Assembly (NCBI GenBank): GCA_002269645.1
Contig: NIVC01002613.1
Span: 30,519 to 94,518, forward strand
Direction: 5' to 3'
DNA length: 64,000 nt
From: Macrostomum lignano
Taxonomy: Eukaryota
The number at the start of each line of letters is the position of its first letter. The stretch's first letter is position 1. Positions 1-9,245 of the stretch are shown here, in pieces. The translations under genes and the position numbers were made by a program. The notes beneath the pieces were generated by a model, which had not been told where the DNA came from, searched no databases, and saw only the letters and a program-made list of their open reading frames with translations.

Positions 1-1
1 G

Positions 2-2209
2 CAGACGGAATCGCCGGAGTGCCGGGACCGGCAGCGCGGCCGCCATTCGGGCGGGCGCCGCAACGGCAGTCGGTCCCCTCAGCGGCCGGCGCCAGCAGCC
101 GGGGCTCTCGCTGACGGATTCGACTGCCGGCCGTTCAACGGGCCGAAGACGCCGCCGTCTCCGGAGCCGGAGGATGACGAGCCTTCTTTGCAGGGTGCGG
201 CAAGAGCGGAGGGCGGCACCTCGGCTTCGGTCCTGCGCCGATCGCCGAGTCCGAGTGCCAAGAGGCTGAGCTCGTCTGTGGAGCGGCGAGAACGCCGCCG
301 TGACGATCGCGCCAACCGGCAGGCGGCCGGGGCGCGCAGGGGGGCGGCTCCGGGAAGCGCGCGCCACCCAAGGGAGCGCCAGTCGGCGGCTTCGTGGGGG
401 CGGCAGCGCTACCAGGACATCCAGGTCAAGCAGCAGCAGCGCCGGCAGGGGCTTGCGGACCGCGAGCGCAAGGATCGGCCAGGTGGACGCGGCGAAGGCG
501 ACCGCCGTCCCAGATCGCCTCCTGCCCCTTCCAGCGCTCGGGGCGATAGCAAAGAGAAATATTCAACAAATAATAATGATGTACAAAGTCGTGAAGCTGG
601 ATCGTCACAACAGCCAAAAGTACAGCTGACAAGTCCGCATCAGCCGTCAGTTCAGCTGACAAGTCCGCATCAGCCGTCAGTTCAGCTGACAAGTCCGCAT
701 CAGCCGTCAGCTCAGCTGACAAGTCCGCATCAGCCGTCAGTTCAGCTGACAAGTCCGCATCAGCCGTCAGTTCAGCTGACAAGTCCGCATCAGCCGTCAG
801 TTCAGCTGACAAGTCCGCATCGGCCGTCAGCTCAGCTGGCAAGTCCGCAGTCCCTGTCCACCTCATCGAGCCTTGTCAGTCCCGGCGACAGCAGCTGCGG
901 CAAGAAGGCAGCGCCACCCAGTCAGCGGAGGATCATCTTCAGCCTGCCCGATGCCTACCGCACCCAACTGCCGCCCGTTGAAGTCGGCAGCGACGAGGAT
1001 GCCGCCGTGCATGTCGAGCCAGTGGGAGCCGCTGCAGTCGCCGAGGTGCATCATCCAGACGTCGCCGCCGAGGTTCGGGCAACGGATGCCTGCACGCTGA
1101 TGCGAATGCACCGCTCGTGGGCCGCCAGGGAGGCCGTCAGACAGCAGCACCTGCGGGAAAACGAGGCCGCCGAAGTTGACAGCGGCGTCGGCTCGTCGCA
1201 CCCGGACCAGGCGCACACGCCCGACGAGCCTTCGGTGTCCGAGGAGCCCGCGGGCAAGGCTCAGCCACCGCCACCGCCGGCCACCCCGACGCCAGCCGGT
1301 GCCGTCCCAGCCGAGCCCATCGAAGTCATCACAGACTGCGCGCCTGTGCAGCGCTGCGGGCCGCGCACGCCGCCATCGCCACCTCCGCCGACTCCGCCGC
1401 CTGTTGAGCTCGAGCTGAACTGCTCCAATGACTTCGGCGAGGAAGCTGCGGCTGAGCCGCCGGCAAGCTCGGCTACGCTGGCTGCAGACTCCGTGCAGCG
1501 CGACAGGAGGTCGAAGTCGCGCGAATCAAGACGGTGCAAGGACGGCTCCGACAGGTGCGAGGCGTCCTCGCAGCCCCGCTCGTCCAAGACGTCTTCAAGC
1601 CAGCGGCATCGGCGCGAAATCTCTCGATCGCCGCTGCGATGCGGGGAATCCGGCCGCTCCGGCAGGCGCAACTCCCGGCCAAGAGACGCTTCGCCGGCCT
1701 CAGCAAGCAGCTGTCGATCGGGCTCGCGGGCCGCCGAGCCGCGGCATCATCGGGAGGCGACGCCGCCAAGACTGGCGAAGCGTTTGGCCAAGAAGCCGCC
1801 TGCTGCTCGAGTCAGCCACGATGTCGACGCTAAAGCCGAGGTTGCCGAGGAGGGCGAGATTGTCAGCGATGAAGAGGGGATTCTGCGAGCGGGCACCTGC
1901 GATGAGGCAGCCAAGGACAGGGCGGCGGTTGACCGCGCCAAAAGCACGCAACGCCAGCAGCGAGCGCCGGAGCCGGTCCGGTCCGCTGTGTTTGCCAAGG
2001 CCGGCGCGGTCCTCAGCCGGCGAGCATCGCCAAAGCAGCAGCGCCGGCGTCGCTCCTCGGGTGATCACCGAAGCGAGGACGGAGCTTATTCGCAGCATCG
2101 TCAGCGGCAGCGTGGAGGCAGTCGGCACCGGCGAAGTCGATCAAAGTCCCCGTTGAACCGGCGCTCGCGACCCGCCTATGTCTGCACTGGCAGGAAGTGG
2201 CGCGCATAG
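2..2209 (+). CDS. Arg/Ser-rich low-complexity protein, 5'-partial (frame open from window start); possible RNA-processing factor
   Basis: Frame +2 is stop-free from position 2 to TAG at 2207-2209. It has GC3-rich codons, RS/RSRSKSP tracts and an EEGEIVSDEE motif. Whether the AT-rich stretch and 30-bp repeat at ~550-850 are intronic is unresolved. Confidence 0.55.
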   Translation, partial: QTESPECRDRQRGRHSGGRRNGSRSPQRPAPAAGALADGFDCRPFNGPKTPPSPEPEDDEPSLQGAARAEGGTSASVLRRSPSPSAKRLSSSVERRERRRDDRANRQAAGARRGAAPGSARHPRERQSAASWGRQRYQDIQVKQQQRRQGLADRERKDRPGGRGEGDRRPRSPPAPSSARGDSKEKYSTNNNDVQSREAGSSQQPKVQLTSPHQPSVQLTSPHQPSVQLTSPHQPSAQLTSPHQPSVQLTSPHQPSVQLTSPHQPSVQLTSPHRPSAQLASPQSLSTSSSLVSPGDSSCGKKAAPPSQRRIIFSLPDAYRTQLPPVEVGSDEDAAVHVEPVGAAAVAEVHHPDVAAEVRATDACTLMRMHRSWAAREAVRQQHLRENEAAEVDSGVGSSHPDQAHTPDEPSVSEEPAGKAQPPPPPATPTPAGAVPAEPIEVITDCAPVQRCGPRTPPSPPPPTPPPVELELNCSNDFGEEAAAEPPASSATLAADSVQRDRRSKSRESRRCKDGSDRCEASSQPRSSKTSSSQRHRREISRSPLRCGESGRSGRRNSRPRDASPASASSCRSGSRAAEPRHHREATPPRLAKRLAKKPPAARVSHDVDAKAEVAEEGEIVSDEEGILRAGTCDEAAKDRAAVDRAKSTQRQQRAPEPVRSAVFAKAGAVLSRRASPKQQRRRRSSGDHRSEDGAYSQHRQRQRGGSRHRRSRSKSPLNRRSRPAYVCTGRKWRA
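622..850 (+). repeat. 30-bp tandem repeat x~8 (reads VQLTSPHQPS in frame)
   Basis: aagtccgc recurs at 631, 661, 691, 721, 751, 781, 811 and 841. Confidence 0.95.
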
Positions 2210-2269
2210 TAACAAGCCTCGAAAAGTGAAGGATATCTTCTTTCATTACCTGTTCCGTGTAGCAACTGC

Positions 2270-2555
2270 CAGTCCCGCATAGCAACCGACCAGTCCCGTA
2301 TAGCAACTAACCAGTACTGCGTAGCACACGGCCAGTACCGCATAGCAACTGGTCAGTAACGCATAGCAGCCGGCCAGTTCCGCATAGCAACCGGGCAGTT
2401 CCGCATAGTAACCGGCCAGTTCCGCATAGCAACCGACTAGTCCCGTATAGCAGCCAACCAGTACTGCATAGCACACGGCCAGTACCGCATATCACACGGC
2501 CAGTTCCGCATAGCAACCAACCAGTTCCGCATAGCAACCGGCCAGTTCTGCTTAG
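2270..2555. repeat. 21-bp degenerate minisatellite (tagcaaccggccagttccgca)
   Basis: Direct tandem copies immediately 3' of the first ORF. Confidence 0.9.
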
Positions 2556-2675
2556 CTGCCGTATAAGAATCCCATCTTAGCAATTCGTCATTTTATCTGT
2601 TTTCAGTCCAGCGATTTTTCTTCTGCTACCATAGTTTTTGAGTTTTATTATATGAAGGTTTTTTTAGTTTTAGCG

Positions 2676-2689
2676 GTTGTCATGGCAAC
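2676..2689. promoter_or_regulatory. RFX X-box-like motif GTTGTCATGGCAAC
   Basis: Matches the X-box consensus GTHNYY-AT-RRNAAC. Target gene is unclear. Confidence 0.35.
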
Positions 2690-3344
2690 TCGCCAGCCGC
2701 AGACCGAAAGTTTTTCCGGGCACAAATTCTATTTTAGCCTGGCATTCTCTGGCATATTTTTTGTCTCCGTGCAATGCAGTATTTTTGTCCTTTTGTCAAT
2801 CGTGAATTTTCGATCCTGCTATTCAATTGCATTCCCTGGCAATCAGAAATTTGATGATTCATTATGACGTCACCAGCTTTTCTCATCTTCAGGTGTTTTT
2901 TGTCTGACCGGGGAAAGCCCCAGTCACTTCTGTTGCTCTGTACAAAGATGTTATGATCTGCACTTTATACTATCTCGTTACGTAGCGTTCTCCCTGTCTA
3001 GTGATGAGGCTCGCAGCATCTTCATGGCGAGCAGTGCATTTTATCCCAGCCCCCAGTCTGGCTCATTGTGTTCGTGGATTTTTTTTTGTTCACCTCCTGG
3101 CTGAAAATTTCAGCGGATCGCGGCTCCCACATCAGCTCTGCTTTTTTATTTAATGACCACCAGCTTTTCCCTGTTTTGCTGCAACCGGCCTCAATACACT
3201 GGCGGCCTGACTCACTGAATCTGGAACTCGAAGGCTTGACTTCTTTATTTCTTGTGGTCCAGCACCCGGTCCGGCTTGGCTTGACTCTATTCTGAGCAAT
3301 AATCACTCTGTTGTATTCCTGCAGATTCTAGTGCCCCTTTAATA

Positions 3345-3863
3345 GTGCCTAATAGTGCAAATTCCATGATGCCTAATAGTACAAATCCCCATGATGCCTA
3401 ATAGTGCAAATCCCCGTGATGCCTAATAGTGCAAATCCCCACGATGCCTAATAGTGCAAATCCCCATGATGCCTAATAGTGCAAATCCCCATGATGCCTA
3501 ATAGTGCAAATCCCCATGATGCCTAATAGTACAAATCCCCATGATGCCTAATAGTGCAAATCCCCATGATGCCTAATAGTACAAATCCCCATGATGCCTA
3601 ATAGTACAAATCCCCATGATGCCTAATAGTTGAAATCCCTATGATGCCTAATAGTGCAAATCCTCATGATGCCTAATAGTGCAAATCCCCATGATGCCTA
3701 ATAGTGCAAATCCCCATGATGCCTAATAGTGCAAATCCCCATGATGCCTAATAGTTGAAATCCCTATGATGCCTAATAGTGCAAATCCTCATGATGCCTA
3801 ATAGTACAAATCCCCATGATGCCTAATAGTGCAAATCCCCATGATGCCTAATAGTGCAAATCC
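3345..3863. repeat. 25-bp minisatellite x~20 (gatgcctaatagtgcaaatccccat)
   Basis: gcctaatagt recurs with period 25 (3371, 3396, 3421...). The array ends ~10 nt before the PIGO ATG. Confidence 0.95.
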
Positions 3864-3872
3864 CTCGCATGC

Positions 3873-6800
3873 ATGTCCGAAGAAGGCATCAAGAGCGACG
3901 TCAGCGAAATCGGCAGCACAAATGGGAGCCGCCTGTCAGCTGGCGCCGCCTCCTTCGTCCTGGCGGCTGTCGGCGTCTGCCTGTGCACCGGCCTGTTTGC
4001 CAGTGGCTTCCTGCTGTCCCGCACGGAGCTGCGCAATCGCTCCGCCTGCCGCGAGGCCACCGCTGGTTTTGCTGGCCGTGGCGACCTTCGCGACGGCTGC
4101 TGGCTGCCGCGTCGTTTTGACCGGGTCATGCTGCTGCTGGTAGACGCGCTGAGGTGAGCAGCATCGCTGCGGGATGCCCGCTAGTCTCGATATGCTGCTC
4201 AAAACAGTTTCTCAGAGTTCCGAGTCCTCATAGCAGGGCCGGATCCCGATTCCCCTCTCATAACAGTGCCGGATCCCGATTCCCCTCTCATAGCAGTGCC
4301 GGATCCCGATTCCCCTCTCATAACAGTGCCGGATCCCGATTCCCCTCTCATAGCAGTGCCGGATCCCGATTCCCCTCTCATAACAGTGCCGGATCCCGAT
4401 TCCCCTCTCATAGCAGTGCCGGATCCCGATTCCCCTCTCATAACAGTGCCGGATCCCGATTCCCCTCTCATAACAGTGCCGGATCCCGATTCCCCTCTCA
4501 TAACAGTGCCGGATCCCGATTCCCCTCTCATAGCAGTGCCGGATCCCGATTCCCCTCTCATAACAGTGCCGGATCCCGATTCCCCTCTCATAGCAGTGCC
4601 GGATCCCGATTCCCCTCTCATAACAGTGCCGGATCCCGATTCCCCTCTCATAGCAGTGCCGGATCCCGATTCCCCTCTCATAACAGTGCCGGATCCCGAT
4701 TCCCCTCTCATAACAGTGCCGGATCCCGATTCCCCTCTCATAACAGTGCCGGATCCCGATTCCCCTCTCATAACAGTTCTTGACTCCCCACCCCACAGGT
4801 TCGACTTTCTGCGGCCGAATCGGTCCCTGGCCAACCGGCACCACTGGGCCGGCAACGTCCTGGCCGTGGACGAGCTGCAGCAGTCACGCCCGCGCCACGC
4901 CTTCGTCGCCCACGTGGAGGCGGACGCGCCAACCACAACGCTGCAGCGTCTGAAGGCGCTGCTCACCGGCACGCTGCCCACCTTCATTGACGCCTCCGCC
5001 AACTTTGGTGGCGCCGCCCTGCGGGAGGACAACCTCATCGACCAGCTCCTCGGCGGCGCCGCGAACCGCACGGCCGTCTTCATGGGTGACGACACCTGGC
5101 TGAGCCTCCTGCCAGGTCGCTTCCAGCGCGCCTACCCGTTCCCGTCCTTCAGCATCCACGACCTGGACACCGTGGACCGCGGCGTCGAGCGCCACCTGGC
5201 CGAGGAGCTGCAACGCACCGACTGGCAGTTGCTGGTGGCTCACGTGCTTGGCGTGGACCACTGCGGCCACCGCTACGGCCCCGAGCACCCGGAGATGCGG
5301 CGCAAGCTGCGGGAGGTGGACGCACTGATCCGGGCGATGCTGCAGCGCATGGACAACCGCACCCTGCTGGTGGTGCTCGGCGACCACGGCATGACCACTG
5401 GCGGCGACCACGGCGGCGGCAGCGAGGACGAGATTGACGCCGGAGTGGCGTTGGTGTCGAACTCGCGACCTCTCCTAGGCCCGGAGGACGCGCTGGCGAT
5501 GCGGCAGCAGCCGCCGCGCCTGTCCCAGATTGACCTGGTGCCGACACTGGCGCTGCTGCTCGGCGCGCCGATTCCCTTCTCCAGCCTCGGCGCCGTGCCG
5601 CCCGCACTGTTCGCCAGCCCCGGCGACAGAGGCGCGGGGGCGCGCGACGCTCTGACGGTGAATGCGCGCCAGGTCATGCGCTTTCTGGAAACCTACCAGG
5701 CTGCATACGCTGACCTGCCAGCCACCCGCCTCGCCGAGCTGCGCGCAGACGCTGCCGCCGCCATTGGCTCTGACGTTGAAGGCATGCGGCGCCTCCTCGA
5801 TGACGTCAAGGACGCCTGCCGCTCCGTCTGGGCGCGGTTCGACGAGCCCGCCATCGGGCTGGCCCTGACCGCCTTTGCCGTCTGCCTGGCCTTCGGCGGC
5901 GCCTTCTTCGCCGGTCCCGACGGCGGCAAAGGGCGCCTCGCCACTGGCTTCGCTGTCGCCATTGCCGCCTGCGCCGCCGCTTTTGCTGGGCGAGCAGCGC
6001 TGCCGCCGGCCCTGGTCTGGGGGCTCCCGGCTTCCGCTCTGCTGGGCGGTGCGGCCTCTCTGGCTGCTCGCCTGCTGGCCGCCTCCGCAGGTAAAAATAA
6101 TTCTCGGGCTGGGATTGCAGGCGGAAAGCCTGACTGACAGAAATCAGACAGTTCTCAATGCCAATCAGGATACAGGCCCCTATAGCCATGCTCCAGATGC
6201 GATAGCAGCCACTCCACCCGATCCCCAGTACATTGCCAAGGGAGTCTCTACTTGCATGTAAAAGTTCAAGTAGTAAAAATGCAATTCGCAACTTTCCCGC
6301 AGCTGAGGCGCCGCCGCCCGACACCGGGGCCCGCCTCTCTCAGGTCACTTCGTTTGCCTGCGCTCTGACAGCTGGATTTGCCTCATTAAGCCCCTTGTCC
6401 AATAGCTTCATCATTAGCGAGCCCAGCTGCCTGCTCTACCTGCTGCAGACTCTGCTCCTGCTCCAAGCCGCCGTCACCTGCGTTGCCGCCCTGCGCCGCG
6501 CCCGCGCTGATGGCCTGTGGCGCAAGCCGGTCAAATCGCTGATCGGCCACCCGTGCGCCATCTCCGCTCTGCTGCATGCGGCCGCCGCCATCTGCCTGCG
6601 CCTGGCCTTCGGCTTCACCACCTGCCGCGAGGAGGCCCGCGGCGCCGGCTGGTGCAGCGACGCCGACGACTGGCTGGCCGCCTCCGCCGCTGTGTCCAGT
6701 CAGTCCCCCCTGCTGTCTTGCGTGCTGGCGCTGCTCGCCTTTCTGGCCGCCTTCCGCTGGTGGCTCCGCCGCTGCGGCAACTTCAACGGCTACTCGCCGG

Positions 6801-7891
6801 CCGTGCTGGCGCTGTCCTACCTGCCCGTTCCCATTGGTCTCTGCGCCATCATCCACTGGGTCCTGCAGGCGGCCGGCAGTCCAGCCTCCCCGTTGCTGCT
6901 GCGCATCGGCCTCGCGCTGGCCACCGCTGCCGTCTTCATCCTCCTGCTGGCGCCCAGCACTGCCCACCTCGAGCGCCGGCCCGCGACTTCTCGGCGCCTA
7001 CAGGCGATCGCCAACGCGCTGGCTCGCGGCTACGACCTGGCCGAGGTGGCACCTGCCCTCTGCCGCGACCTGCTGGGTGACAGCGGCGAGGACTCGGACA
7101 ATCAGCACCGGGGCTACGGCATGCGCTTCATGTACCGCACGGCTGCCTGCGGCCTCCTCCTGTTTGCCTGTCTGGCCGCGCTGCTGCTTGCCGGCCACCG
7201 CGCCGTCCCCGCCCTCCTTCTATGCGCCGCTGCCGCTGCGCTCCACGCCGAGCTCCGCTCCGCCCAGCTGCGCCTCGGCCAAGGCCGTCCGCTGGCCAAG
7301 CTGGCCGGCTGGCCGGACATTGTCTTCCTCCTGCTGCTCGGCTGGGCCGCCTTCTACGCCTGCGGCCTGCAGCCCAGCCTGTCCGCCATCCGCTGGGACC
7401 CCGCCTTCATCGCCTACAGCGCCGAGACCTCCGGCTCCGCGGGTCGCTTCTTTGGCGGAGTCCTCATCCTCAGCGGCATGTTCTGGGGGCAACTGCTGGC
7501 CACCATGGCCGCCCCTCTGCTGCTTCTTCTGCTGCCGCTGACCGCCGGCCACCTGCCGTTTGTCGCCCGGCCAAAGTGGCGCCGCCTGCTGCCCGACCAG
7601 TCCAGCGGTGACTTCCTGCTGACCGACCTGCCGCCCGGCACCCTCGCCGGGGCCGCCGCTGGCGTCTTCGCCCGTCTGCTGCTGCTTGCCGCCTGTCTGG
7701 CGCTCGGCAGCATGGCGGCAGCTGGCTGGCACCGCCGCCACCTCATGGCCTGGAAGGTGTTCGCGCCGCGCATGATGTTCGGCGTCATCGGCTGCGCGGC
7801 TACCGCCGTTGGCGCTGGCGCCGGCCTCCTCTGCGCCGTCTGTATTGATAGAGGCGTGCGGCGCTGGGTTAAGCAGGCGCTTAAGGAATAA
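3873..7891 (+). CDS. PIGO: GPI ethanolamine phosphate transferase 3 (PIG-O); exons 3873-4153, 4799-6090, 6303-7891
   Basis: Motifs [28 protein letters not shown]|[47 protein letters not shown] and C-terminal [13 protein letters not shown]. The GT-AG junctions (gtgagc 4154/cag 4798; gtaaaa 6091/cag 6302) are phase-consistent. Confidence 0.93.
4238..4776. repeat. 30-bp minisatellite x~18 in PIGO intron 1 (ccggatcccgattcccctctcataacagtg)
   Basis: Near-perfect tandem copies lying between the PIGO donor and acceptor. Confidence 0.97.
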
Positions 7892-7899
7892 GTCTCCCC

Positions 7900-8218
7900 C
7901 TGATCCCAGCCCCTGATCCCAGCCCCTGATCCCAGCCCCTGATCCCAGCCCCCTGATCCCAGCCCCCTGATCCCAGCCCCCTGATCCCAGCCCCCTGTTC
8001 CCAGCAACCTGATCCCAGCCCCCTGATCCCAGCCCCCTGTTCCCAGCAACCTGATCCCAGCCCCCTGATCCCAGCCCCTGATCCCAGCTCCCTGATCCCA
8101 GCCCCCTGATCCCAGCACCCTGATCCCAGCCCCCTGATCCCATTCCCCTGATCCCAGCCCCCTGATCCCAGCCCATGATCCCAGCCCCCTGATCCCATTC
8201 CCCTGATTCCAGCACCCT
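7900..8218. repeat. 13-14 bp minisatellite (ctgatcccagccc) directly after the PIGO stop
   Basis: Direct tandem copies with variable C-run length. Confidence 0.93.
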
Positions 8219-8814
8219 GATCTCAAAGCTTCCAGGATCTCAGCTTTACAAATCCCTCGCATCCTAAACCGTGGTCCTCCCAAATCTCAGTTTCCTGTCT
8301 CGAGCCTTGGCCCCGAATCCCAGAGTCTATCCCCGATCCCAGCTGGCCCCGCGCAAATTACTTGTAGTTTTTATTTGCACCTGAGTAGCATTTGATTTGC
8401 ACAGTGCAGCCAGCTTAGAAATTCGCTGATCAAAGATCTGCAAGGCTCGCATTGAATTGTGTGCATTGCCTCGCCCCTGCCAGTCCCCTTGCTCAAGTAT
8501 TGTTATCAATCATGATTGCGCAGCTGGCAGCTTTATTAGCTCACAGCTAGCCCAGTCCAGTTGGATTCGACCTTCTTCACTGTCTGTCTGTGTGCAGCGC
8601 ATTTTCTGCAGCCTGTTTTTATCCATAGCTTTTCTTAGCTCATTCTTGTTGGCCAAAAATACAGCAGACCTGTTTGCTTTGGTTTTAGCGAAACTGCAAT
8701 GCTGGCTCAGTACCGCTTTTGCTCTTCTTTTTTTGCCAGTTTGCTAAGGAAATTCAGTAGTTTGTAGCGGCCTTTGTGTCATCAGTTTTCGGCGTGGCTA
8801 TACTCACTATAACA

Positions 8815-9195
8815 TCCCTGAGATCTCTGAGAATCGCCCAAATCAACCCTGAGAATCGCTCCAATCATCTCTGAGAATCACCCAAATCAACCCTGAGAAT
8901 CGCTCCAATCATCTCTGAGAATCGCCCAAATCATCCCTGAGAATCGCCCCAATCATCCCTGAGAATCGCCCAAATCATCTCTGAGAATCGCCCAAATCAT
9001 CCCTGAGAATCGCCCAAATCATCCCTGAGAATCGCCCAAATCATCCCTGAGAATCGCCCAAATCTTCTCTGAGAATCGCCCAAATCATCCCTGAGAATCG
9101 CCCAAATCATCTCTGAGAATCGCCCCAATCATCTCTGATAATCGCCCAAATAATCTCTGAGAATCGCCCCCAATCATCTCTAAGAATCGCCATAA
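8815..9195. repeat. 22-bp minisatellite (ctgagaatcgcccaaatcatcc) upstream of RBM15
   Basis: About 17 tandem copies. Confidence 0.93.
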
Positions 9196-9245
9196 AATCA
9201 GATAGCCATAAGACAGTCACACCTCCCGAAATCCCCGTGCCCTTC

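Noticed and set aside
3001-3104. C/D box snoRNA (GTGATGA ... CTGA)
   Set aside because: No terminal stem, no recognisable rRNA guide, and not clearly intronic.
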